64,000 nucleotides of DNA from Selaginella moellendorffii (Eukaryota > Plantae > Lycopodiophyta), in the NCBI RefSeq assembly GCF_000143415.4, contig NW_003314283.1, forward strand, positions 1,540,330 to 1,604,329, read 5' to 3'. Shown one piece after another: positions 24,808-35,271 of this stretch. How positions within the stretch are numbered: position 1 is the stretch's first letter; the number at the start of each line of letters is the position of its first letter. Under the pieces are notes generated by a model that did not search any database, was not told where the DNA came from, and saw nothing but the letters and a program-made list of their open reading frames with translations. The translations under genes and the position numbers were made by a program.

Positions 24808-26855
24808 ATGGAGGATGAGCCGCTTGAGAGCAAGGTGAATAAGGCGCGAGTGGCGAGGGCTCGTGAAGTAGATTTCACACAGTTGTGGAATCAAGGCTCC
24901 AAGGTTTTTCTTCCGTTCCCGGGGTTGGAGGGTTCGTGCCGGATCAAGAGGCCTCCTCTCGAGTTCGAATTTTGCAGCACGGGGGAGTACATCGGTTTTA
25001 GGAATGCTGTGGAACCTCTATTCAAGAATAGCAGGGGGGGCGTTTTCATATTGACAGGTACCAAGGGAGGGGGGAAAAGCAGCATATTGAGGGCCTTCGC
25101 TTGGGAGCTTATTAAACTTTACGATATGTCGAACAAGCGGCCACGACCTGGATGTCCTATCACCAGAATAGTGTGTATTTGGTACTTGAATGTGGATCAT
25201 CCCGTTGCTGAACAGATCCGTGACGTGCTGCTCTTCACGTTCTGCAACGAGAAAGGCGCGGAGGAGGCCATAGCCTCCATAGAAACACCGGAAGATGCTA
25301 AGGCATTTCTGGAAAGGCGGAGGCGGCTCGGCGAAAGGATCGTCCTGTTGACTGATGGGGAAGAGCGTCATGATCCGAGGACCGGAAGTGATGCAGAGAA
25401 GCGCAGGGCAGCCAGGAAATGGACAGACGAACTTTGGGGGCAAGCACGCGTTGTGGTGAAGGCCCTTTCACCCAACAGTGAAGTATTGAAACAATCTCGG
25501 TTTCAAGGTAGTCCCACAGTATATAATATCAGCAAGATGTTCACGAAGGTAATGTGGTGACTTCAGATTGGAGTTTGCTAACTATCTTCGTCAAACAGGC
25601 AGAGCGTGATGCGTACCTGTCGGGAACTGTTCTTGGCAAGTTTCTTGAGAACTATCCTGAGCACTGGGGTGATGTCGAGGACCTTGCTGCATGCCACCCG
25701 TTGTCACTTTCCATTCTTGTTAACCACTGCAACAGCCTGACAGGTTACGCCGCAGGTGCTGACGAAGAGTACGATGGATTTCGCGAGATATATGATCTCT
25801 GCGTGCAACCACAACAGCATCCCGAGCTTGCCGCTGATCCTTCTGCCACCACTGATCCTTTTGCCGCTGATTCTTCTGCTGCTGTTCCTCCTGATCCCAA
25901 TCAGCTAATTGAGGAGTACTGCCATGTAAGTGCACCGTATGAATTATTGTAACTAGGACCTTAACGTTCTGTCCTGCAGAAGTTAGACTGGAAGATGCTT
26001 GTGCGGCGCTACAAACAGGATCCGGAATTTCAAGATTTAAAGAATTCGATACGCAGGAACATGGCGAATTTGGACCCGCTGTTACCACTGGCTGTTCTTT
26101 TCCCGGCGTTTACGGTGGCGACGGAGTTCTGCACCCCTTTTATCGCAAGGATCCATACGGAGGAGGTTAACAGGCACTTGACGTCTACAGATCCTATCGG
26201 AACAAAGTCTTGACGGCTTACGCACGTCAAAGGCTGGCAGATGTGAGGCGTATGAACTGGGCTGAGCTCGGCTGGCTGATTGAAAATTTTATCAGTGAAG
26301 TGATTTGTAAGAAAGGCATGAAGCTAGGGGACTTCAAGGTTCCGAGAGAATTCACCAGGGAACCTTTTGAGGGAGCAGAGCCGAAGCAGGTGCAGACTAA
26401 GGGCTTTCGGGACGGTCAGGGAGTTGTACTACTTCCGGATAGTTATTTCTTCAAGTACACCGATTTCGTGGTGGTGTTCAAGTCTGGCGTCGTCCATATA
26501 ATTCTCTGGGCAGATAACCATGAACGCTGAGGACCATCGAAAGACAGAACAGAAATTTGTGAAGAAGTCATACGTTCGAATCTGGCTACCGGACTTGAGC
26601 GAGGACGAAGGTCGGGTGCATTATTCCTTCTTCAGCCCGACGAAGGTTGATTTGAACCCCCTGGACAAAGAGGTGGATGCTATGGAGCATCGGCTGCATG
26701 TTTCGACTTTCTTGGAGTCCTTCGCTGATGGTATCACGGAAGAAGATTGCAAGTTGCTAGAGGAGCTGGAAGAGAAGAGAAGAGAGGCCATGGAGAAGAG
26801 AAAGCAGTCCAAGAAGGAAAGGCGGTCTAAAATGGACCCTGCCGTGCTGAAGTGA
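24808..26855 (+). CDS. Crinkler (CR)-like P-loop NTPase + restriction-endonuclease-fold protein with two internal frameshifts (possibly a pseudogene)
   Basis: Walker A GTKGGGKS and Walker B IVLLTDGEE. GT-AG introns 25549-25598 and 25926-25979 keep frame. Nuclease-like GWLIE...LLPDSYFFKYTD...GQITMNAEDHRKTEQKF. Frame breaks at ~26210 and ~26500. A further exon from ~26886 is possible. Confidence 0.65.
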
Positions 26856-28898
26856 GTCAATGAATGCAAGAAGGCATTCCTGCAGGCGAAGGCGCAGAAG
26901 CATCAGATCTAAAGAGAGAATCGTGAAGTCAATATTGGACGCAGGGGTTATGGAGGACTGTGGCGGTCCGGAGGCAGTGTGCTGCATGTGCCATACTTGA
27001 GGGGCCGTTCTCACAGCTACGCTCACGGCGCAGGCCAGGACCAAAATGTGATAGCGAAGAGAAGCCGAAGAGGAAGAAGCTGATGCGGAAAGCATCTTCA
27101 AGTAGCAATGAACAGAAGCAGAAGTGGAAGAAGGTAAGTAGTGACGAAGAAGTGTAGTAGCGATGAACATGGACGCCCTCTGTAGTTCAGCAGATGATGT
27201 CACTACAATTGAAACTGGCAGAGTAGAATAAATAGAGAAGTAGCAAGCAATCCAGCTCTGCTGGATTAGATAAGAAAATTGTTGGTTGGTGATATAATTC
27301 TATTTGTAGGGAAGAAGAAAAAGAAGAAGCGCTTCACCACTCCTAGCCAATGGTTTTTGGGTTAATGATTCTGTTTTGCAGCTGTCTCTTGCAATTTTCT
27401 ATAAAGATTAAAATTCATTTTTTTGATGTTCCCTTCAAACGAAAGTATGAAACTTGACCATGGCCGAAAATTAATTTTAGCAGCAGTGTTTGTCTTTAGG
27501 ATTTACATATTGTTGCAAAAAATGCAATCTTTATAGGAAATTGGCACTTTCTATGAATAGCATGTCTTAATCCATTGGTTTCAAAGAGATCCTAGATAGG
27601 ACTCTTTTGCTTTGTGTATAAGATTTCAGCTTTGCTTATGTTTGGTAAAGAATCTAGGGTTTCTACAACATTGTGAAGATCTGCTGCTGCTGCAAAACAA
27701 AAGCTCAACTCTTTTAGAGGCTGCTCATCGTGACAACAGACCTTGGTGCATGCACACTTCCCTAGCACACTTTCCCAAACTTGCAAAACTTTTTTGTGCT
27801 CCAACCAGTTCTCTTTAATTTGACATTCCTTGGAGTAATAGCTCACAAGGGTTGTTGTACAAAAGTTGCTTCATGAGCCCTATTTCTAGTTAGGAGCATT
27901 ACAATGTAGGCAATCTTTATGTTTAGCTTGTGAGGGGACATTCCAGTTATCAAGTTTAAAAACTCCAAGGATCTTTTCATCTGTTTCTGTTTCTATGCTT
28001 ATTGTGCAGACTTCCACCCCAGAGAGATGCATGTTTTGTGATAGACTTGGGTTGTTTGGCTCTCTATATTTTCCAAACAATTGTTCTCTAGTGGTGGACG
28101 TTAGTGGCAGTCTGACAAATGTCTTTGTTGACGTTTGTAGGAGGTGTAGGGAGCCTAGTCTCACAAGCCAATTTGACTTTCTTTTGGGTTCACTTGCATG
28201 AGCAACAAGAATTTCAGGAGTTTCTATATTGGTGAAGAATTGACTCTTTTTAACAATTTGAGTGTGACAGGCCCTGGGTCATTTTGTATTAACTTAAATT
28301 GCTCAGAAAGCAAATTTGATGCTTGATAGGTCACAAGCAATTTAGAGACAAGGCTTCCCAGGGAGAAGTTTGCCACTGTTGAGAGGCACTTAGAAGAGGT
28401 GGACCTTGACATGCAAGACTACAAGGAGCTGGTGCAGGCAAGAAGAAGTCAGCTAGTAAACAAAACTAGTTTATATGAAAATTATTTATATTTATGTTTT
28501 TTGTTTTTACAGAAACAGACTTCTTAATTAATCTAAAAAACATTTTAGATTTAGTTTAAGTTAAAAGTTTCTTATCTGTACTTTTTTTTTACAAGAAACT
28601 CAACTTCTTATTAAGCAAGGTAGAGAATAATTTGTGACTTCCTCTATGTGAAGCTAGTCAAACATGGGGAGACCATAAAAGGCTGCGGGTATCCCCCAGC
28701 ACTACACAAAGATTCTGACTTTCTATTTCATTCACTACTTTTGATATCAATCCATGGACCAGATCGCATTCTTGTATATCCAGAGAGAGAGAGTGGTGAG
28801 ATTGCCTTCGTCTCACAATCTGCGTCCAGCCAAGCGAAGTGTTCTCTTCCATGGTTGCGAGTGACAAGACAAGGCACAGGATTTAGAGGCGCCCAAGG

Positions 28899-29040
28899 AC
28901 ACCATGTCCATGCTTGGAACTGACTCGTGCTCTTCATGGCAAGCCACCGTCTACGAGAGATACATGAGAGATATATTGGGAATCATGAGTTATTTGGCGT
29001 GTCTCCTGCTGGACAATCGTCATGACCAGGGATTGCCTTC
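28899..29040 (+). repeat. Dispersed direct repeat of 21549-21730
   Basis: Shared core gctcttcatggcaagccaccgt.tac.agagatacat and ctgctggacaa...cgtcatgac.ag.gattgcctt. Confidence 0.8.
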
Positions 29041-29463
29041 TGCAGAGCCACGACTACTTGTCTCGGTACTCTGACCACCGCCGGCGCTTTGTAGTGTCTC
29101 CTCGCCACCTTGTGCTTCCGCAAGCACCGCCTAGAGAACCTTGCCTCCCTTGCTTGCGCAAAGCATGGACACCACCCCATCACTGGAAGATCGTGGCACT
29201 TCACCTTACCTCGTCTCCCTGTGCACTCCTTGGCCACAAACACCTAGGTTCCCGTCGAGCAACTCTGCCCGGCCTCGTCAAACGTAAAGTCGAACGCAGT
29301 GCTGCCCTCACTAGCTCGCCATCGGAGCCACTCTATTGGTGACAATGCTTGCTTGCTTGTCATCTTATCACAAGATTCAGTGACAAAACTTTCAGCTGAA
29401 AAAGGAGGCCACTCCCTCCCAGGCAGGTCTAGTTACATACGTACGCTATAGCGTGGCGACGAT

Positions 29464-30933
29464 CTAGAAGGCACCAACACCATGCTCCACTCGGACTACG
29501 AGCTCCTGCGCAAGAGACACACCAAAGTGTGAGACACACGACTTGAGTAGAATCTCCCTCCCAGCTTCCTTGTTCTTAGCGTCGCGAAGCAGCTGTGACT
29601 GCAAGCGCAAGCATGAGTGAAACACGAGCTTGCTGTTGGCATAACGATGCACGGCGTCCATGATCACCTCGGCGTCCGGGAGAACTGACTGGATCCCCTC
29701 CTTGTAGTATAAGAATCCATAGGCAGACCGGATGATCTGCCTGTCCTCGACGCTCAACTCGCGGCTGCGTCGCAGAGACTCCTCGACTTCACGGACATTG
29801 ATCTCGCTGGCGTCTTGCTGCGGCTGTGGAAGAATCTTGGTCTCAAGAGTACACTTGACGCATTGGCAGTCGAAGGCGCTCTCCTCGTTGCCGAGATGTC
29901 TGAGGCACGAGACTCGGCTGCGAAGTGGGCCGTCACCGTAGCTCGAGAGCAGCTCCTCGCCGGGCTTGAGATCGCGAGCCGCGCGGCAGAAGAGCGTGAA
30001 TCCCACAACCCGGAGGGTGATCGTCGGCACGCAGCAATGGTTGATCAGTGTGAGGAGCGGCCAGAGCACGTTGCGCGGGGACAAGCTTGGATGGCCTCGC
30101 TCTGTGTAGGCGCGCACCACGGCTTCCACCCGGCTCTCCAGCTCCGGATCCATGGCAGTGGAGAGATCGCCCATGTAGTCCTCCATGTCTCCGGAAGGGA
30201 CGAGCAACCTGTTTGGAGGAGGAGCCGAGCTCCTGCTCGCTCCATCCAGGTAGTGGAGGAGCTCGGCCACCCTGGAAAGGTCGCTGGCCTTGTTGAGGAT
30301 GTCCTGCTTGAGCGAGAGATCGTTGAAATAGTCCTCCATCGCCAGCGGCCTGGTGGCAAAAATGAGATCGCCCGCTTTCAAGGCTTTGGTAGCGAACAGT
30401 CCCCGGCCATGAAGCTCGGATGCTTGGCACTGGAAATCCCCGAAGAAATCCGCCATCTGTGGCACACCGGCAGTGGAGAGAAGCATGTTGTAGCCTGGGC
30501 ATGGAATCGGCCACAGCGTGATCCTGCCCAAGCTCCCATCTTGGGTCATGAATGCACCGCTGGAGAAGTACGCAAGGAGAGGCCGATCGTAGTTACCGGT
30601 GATCGCCTGTGTCTTGAGCTCCTCCGCAACGCCGAGGAGCTCGATCATGTCGCTGCTGGAGCTCTGCGTGATCTCCACTCCCGCGCTCAGAGTCGAGGAA
30701 GCAAGCTCGTACTCCCCCAGCCCGAGCAAGGATTTTGCTTTCCCGATGATCGCTGGAACGCTCCAGGGATCCATGGCGAGGATCGCGAGCGCAGCTTGCA
30801 ACGCCTCGCAGTACTTCCCCTCTCGGATCAGCGCATCTGCAAGAAAGTCCTCGCAAGCAATGGCGAGCGAAACAGAAAGAAGCCCATGAACTTCCACGGA
30901 GGCTTGCAAAGATCTTCACTAACCGATGGACAT
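29464..30933 (-). CDS. TPR + SET domain protein lysine methyltransferase (ATXR1/SDG35-like, SMYD-type without MYND), paralogue 1
   Basis: A 10-nt first exon (ATGTCCATCG) splices to DALIREGKY. TPR GKAKSLLGLGEYELA; SET motifs HGRGLFATK, LINHCCVP, RDLKPGEELLSSY; post-SET CQCVKC. Confidence 0.88.
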
Positions 30934-31200
30934 CTCTTGCCGGGATCAAGAAATGCGCCTTATCGCCCTCCCGCTCGAGCTGGGCTCGCTCCTCTGTCCG
31001 TACCGAGCGGCCCATATACGCGTACGAAAATGACCATATAACCGTTTGCCCTAAACACGTGTGCTTTTTCACGATTCCGGTAAGCTTTTCTTTTTGCCAC
31101 TAGTGGTTTTCTTTATTTCATTTGGAAAGTGACCAGAACCCGCTAGATAAGAAATATTTTAAAATATGAATGATATAATTAGATTACTTTACGATGAAGT

Positions 31201-31881
31201 TTAATCGTTTGAAGTAAGCCCTAAACCCAAACAATCTACTAACAGTGCAACCGGTGGCAATCCTGCAGAAGCCACAAGATCCACAGTAATATCCGAGCTG
31301 CTGCAAGAGTTGGGATCAGGATATGAAAATGGGTTTTCACTGTCATTGCTGCAACGCACTGGAAGTATACCCTCGTCTGTGATCTTGAACAAGTGCCTGT
31401 CGACAGGCAGGGTTCCAAGAGCCCGGATAGTTTCCACCATTCTACCCAGACGAGTGCCGGATGACGGTCTCGCCTTCATTACATACGGCCAGCCTCCTCT
31501 TATTATTCCAAGCCTATCGAAGTCTTGGCCTCGCATGGCCACCATAAACATGTTGTTGTTCGTGTGATTGGCGAAATCACGCAGGTTCTCCTCAGTAACC
31601 AGTGAAGCGGCTGCAACCAGAAGCCTTCCATGCTTATCAAGAACAAAAATCGGCTGCAAATGGAATAACAAAAGCCTTTTTAAGAAGGAGAAAGAAATGA
31701 CAAATATGAAAGAAAAAGGAAAACAAGGAAGAGATTTTCCCACCTTTCCCTGTCGAAGGTCACGAAGAACATCCGGCTTGGGTGTGAGGCCTTCGTTCCG
31801 CGAGTGTGCTTTGCAGATCCCGGACACCCTCTTGGCTGGCAGCGTGATGGGTGCGTGTTTGATCAGCCAGCTACACTCCAT
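31201..31881 (-). CDS. Divergent RibB / DHBP-synthase-like protein with transit-peptide-like N-terminus; catalytic residues absent
   Basis: DLRQGK|PIFVLD, LVAAASLVT, VAMRGQDFDRLGI, TIRALG, ILPVR and TVDLVASAGLPPVALL align by eye with the DHBP synthase domain of plant RIBA. In-frame 90-nt intron 31654-31743. ORF intact. Confidence 0.7.
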   Translation of the reverse strand: MECSWLIKHAPITLPAKRVSGICKAHSRNEGLTPKPDVLRDLRQGKVGKSLPCFPFSFIFVISFSFLKRLLLFHLQPIFVLDKHGRLLVAAASLVTEENLRDFANHTNNNMFMVAMRGQDFDRLGIIRGGWPYVMKARPSSGTRLGRMVETIRALGTLPVDRHLFKITDEGILPVRCSNDSENPFSYPDPNSCSSSDITVDLVASAGLPPVALLVDCLGLGLTSND

Positions 31882-32100
31882 CCTAGGAAAGTTAAGGGCT
31901 GGCAAAACTCGATTATAAAGGGTCGTGATTGTGTGCGTACGGATCGCCAAAAAGGTACGGACGGAGAGAAAATAAGATAGAGATAAATGTACGCTAGGAC
32001 TAAACCCTAGTACACTATGTATTCCATGTGTATATTGTATAAGAGACGGTCTCATATACGTGCCCGATACAAGAAAACACGCTGGCTCAAAGCGATTTTG

Positions 32101-32180
32101 GGCCACGATCGAGCGCAGCACGAGGCCGCCGCCAGTGATCGAGCGCAACGCGAGGGCGCGGCCAGTGATCGAGCGCGATC
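32101..32180. repeat. About 2.7 copies of a ~30-bp GC-rich tandem repeat (GCCA[G]TGATCGAGCGC core)
   Basis: gatcgagcgc at 32107, 32137 and 32167, just upstream of the SET paralogue 2 ATG. Confidence 0.75.
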
Positions 32181-32189
32181 CTTCACGAA

Positions 32190-33623
32190 ATGGCGATCGG
32201 TAAGCGGCTAGAGATTGGATTGGATCGCATTTGCTGGCTGGCTCGGATTTCTTGTTGCGCCGCAGATGGATTGCTTCGGGAGGAGCGATACTGCGAGGCG
32301 CTGAGGGCGTCATTTGCCATCCTCGCGATCGATCCGTGGAGCATCGAGGCAATTCTTGGCAAGGCGCGATCCCTCATCGGCCTGGGCGAGTACGAGCATG
32401 CATGCGCTACCCTGAGCACGGGAATGGAGGCCACGGACAGCTCCAGCCACGAAATGGTGGAGCTCCTCGCCGTCGCGGAGCAGCTCAAGGCACAGTCCAC
32501 CACCGGCGACTTCGATCAGCCGCTGCGCGCCTACTTCTCCAGCGCCGCGTTCCGGACCGAGAGTGCACGAGCCGGCGGGGTGTCGGACGGCGCCTTTGTG
32601 TTCTCCGAGATTCCGGTGGCACCAATGGCGGAGTTCCTTGGCGAGTTCCAGTGCGCGCCCTCCACACTCCATGGCCGCGGCTTGTTCGCGACCAAAGATC
32701 TGGAAGCCGGAGATGTCATCTTCGCCACCAAGCCGATCGGGATTGCCAGGGGCGGAGCATCACTCAAGCAGGCCGTCCTCGAGAAAGCAAAGATGCCAAG
32801 GGTGGCGGAGCTACTTCAGTATCTTCCAGGCGGGAACAGCGCCGCGGCCTCCCTCCCCGTGAGCTTGCTCCATCCCTCTGCGAACCTGGAAGACTACCTG
32901 GATGATGATGGTCACGAAGAGGCAGCAGGGCTGGAGAGGGTGGTGGACGCTTACATGGCTGCCGGGCACAAGTCCGTGTGCCCGGACAACGTTTTGTGGC
33001 CGCTGTTGACGCTCATCAACCACAGTTGCATACCGAGCGTCACGCTCCGGGTCGTCGGGACAACCCTCTTCTGCAGAGCTGCCAGGGATCTCAAGTCGGG
33101 CGAGGAGCTCCTGGTGAGCTACTATGGCGGGAGTCTCAAGAGCAGGCTCACGTCACTCATCTGGCCGTCGAGGCCCGAGGAGATCATCGTTTGCAAGTGC
33201 CGGAAGTGCGAGCTCGAGACGAAGATCCCGGTGCTGTATCCTTACCCAGGCGTTGGCAAATGCATCCGGAGGGACGACGTGGAGCGGATGTGTTTGATGG
33301 AAGAGTTTGTGCTCCATAACGATTTCAGCTCCGAAGACAAGCAAGTGGTCCGGTCCGGGTTTGCACACCACTACTACACTGGAGGCCGGCCTTGCGTCTA
33401 CGTCCGAGTTCCCACGGCGGAGGTGGTCATGGAGGCTGTGCTCCGGTATGGCTGCACCGGCGGCTTCAACTCGTGCCTTGGCTTGCAATCGCGGCTGCTA
33501 CGACACGCCACCGACAAGGCAGCCGCAAGAGAGCTCTTGCTCCAGTCTTGCATCACGCACTTTGGCCAGGCGCTGGCGCGCGAGCTCCTTGTCCGTGTCG
33601 AGTATGGCCTTGGTCACTTCTAG
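32190..33623 (+). CDS. TPR + SET domain protein lysine methyltransferase (ATXR1/SDG35-like), paralogue 2
   Basis: Same 10-nt first exon (ATGGCGATCG|gtaagc...cgcag). HGRGLFATK, LINHSCIP, RDLKSGEELLVSY, CKCRKC. Co-linear with paralogue 1, including the C-terminal HFG..LA.EL.VRVE.G.G.F*. Confidence 0.9.
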   Translation: MAIGKRLEIGLDRICWLARISCCAADGLLREERYCEALRASFAILAIDPWSIEAILGKARSLIGLGEYEHACATLSTGMEATDSSSHEMVELLAVAEQLKAQSTTGDFDQPLRAYFSSAAFRTESARAGGVSDGAFVFSEIPVAPMAEFLGEFQCAPSTLHGRGLFATKDLEAGDVIFATKPIGIARGGASLKQAVLEKAKMPRVAELLQYLPGGNSAAASLPVSLLHPSANLEDYLDDDGHEEAAGLERVVDAYMAAGHKSVCPDNVLWPLLTLINHSCIPSVTLRVVGTTLFCRAARDLKSGEELLVSYYGGSLKSRLTSLIWPSRPEEIIVCKCRKCELETKIPVLYPYPGVGKCIRRDDVERMCLMEEFVLHNDFSSEDKQVVRSGFAHHYYTGGRPCVYVRVPTAEVVMEAVLRYGCTGGFNSCLGLQSRLLRHATDKAAARELLLQSCITHFGQALARELLVRVEYGLGHF

Positions 33624-33699
33624 GATCCCATTCACGGATTGATTGCTTTGATCTCACTCTCTCTTCACAGGAGAGTGCGCAGCGGAGTCATCGATGCGT

Positions 33700-35140
33700 A
33701 CTGTTTTGTTTGTTCTTACTCTTTCTTCCTTTCTTTAACGCGCCAGCAACGATTCCACCTCCTCCTGTTATCGTTCGGACCTCAGCAGCTCAGCCATGCT
33801 GGAAACGCGCAGCCTCTTCTTCTCTCCCAGCGCAGAGTGTGCCTCTGATCGGCTTTGAGCAGACTGGCAGTCCAGAGGTGGTGGGGAGCTGTTTCTTTGT
33901 CAACCGTACGAGCATGGAACACCTTCACCTGTGGAGTAAGAAAAAAAGGAACAGTGAAAGGAAAGAAAGAGATACAGAGGACTTGCCAGCTTGTAGGAGC
34001 GTGCTTCCTCCAAGGAGCCAAAGAAGGCAATGTGACTGGGCAAGCTCCCGTCGTCATACATGAGGGAGGCAGTGCTGCGAGTAAATGTGCCATGAACCTT
34101 GGCCACCATCGCTGCTTGGAGAGCAATCTAAGAATCTCATTGACAATCACTGTGCAGCGACGAGTAGAATGGAATTGCATCAGAAAGTCTACAAAAAAGC
34201 AGCTTTCATTCACCTGATCGAAAGCGCAGCTGGGAGTGACAGTAACCACCGGATTTTGCTTTGGCGACTTTTGAAATTCTGGAGTCGTTGGTTGAAAGCT
34301 CGGCTGGAGGCAAGGCTGTGTCCAGAAAACAGCAATCACCAAAAGAAGAGCCGGCAAGGCAAACCTGCAAAAACACCATGACTAAAAAAGTTGCGCCACC
34401 AAGTACCTGTTAGCATAGCTGGGATGGCTACCGTAGACCACCCGAATGATCCTGTCCCAAAGGAAAGTCATGAGACACCGCTTTCGGAGCACGCGTCCCT
34501 CTCTTTGCTTACCCGATAGGAAGAACTTCATGGAGAAGATACCACGGCATAAGTCCCCACGTAGAGCCAGCCCCATGCCCAAATATCTAGCTCACGATTC
34601 GACATAAATCCCATTGGAGAAGACCAGTAGCGAGCAATCGTCGTCAGGACAGTCTCGATGCTACTGGATGAGTGCGAAAACGAAGGTGAACCAGTTGACG
34701 AGCTGGCAAAACATCTGCATAAAAAAGTTTATGAGCTTTCCTCTCATTTTTTCAGATGGATACTTCACTTTGCAACACGGTCACCAAATGCGAACTTCCA
34801 CAAGTAAACATCACCGGCTGCGGCCATGAGAGACTGGAAAAGCCTTGGCGACCACGTCGAACATGGTATTCATGATCAAGCTAGGAGGATTAAAACTCTC
34901 TCGCAAACGAAAGCTCAAGTTTGATCGAGCTTACCATGAGCCACGTCGCTCCATTCCCAACCTCGACGTCCATAGCTAGACAAAGAAAACAAGTTGAGTA
35001 GTATTGAGAGATTTGTTTTTGAGCATACCCGAAGACTGTGATGCACAACTTCGAGTGCTTGCCAGTGCTCGTCCGGAGTCTTATGCACAGAGCAGCCAAA
35101 TACCAAGCGCCGATTGCTCGCTGCCAAGAACTCTTTCATC
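33700..35140 (-). pseudogene. PIGB: PIG-B/GPI10 pseudogene, copy 2 (inverted relative to copy 1)
   Basis: PDEHWQALEV (N-terminal PIG-B motif), MFCQLVNW, GSHP, F(L)MQFHST...ILRLL. Shares intron sequence with copy 1. Confidence 0.8.
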
Positions 35141-35271
35141 GAAGAAGAGAATTCTCAAAAGAAATGTAAGACATGAAGATTCGAACCGTAACGAAGCTGC
35201 TACAGTGCATAAAGTGACCCTTGGGCCGGTCTATGGATTGATCCCAATGATTGGTCCAAAACGATTAATCG

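Noticed and set aside
27592-28412. Chain of short minus-strand ORFs in AT-rich sequence
   Set aside because: Possibly a decayed gene or TE, but no recognisable motif, so no call is supported.
29815-31041. 408-aa plus-strand ORF
   Set aside because: Antisense shadow of the GC-rich SET gene; not conserved as an ORF opposite paralogue 2.
31882-32352. N-terminal extension of the 383-aa ORF 31201..32352
   Set aside because: Overlaps the SET gene start and the promoter repeat; the ATG at 31881 gives a more plausible transit peptide.
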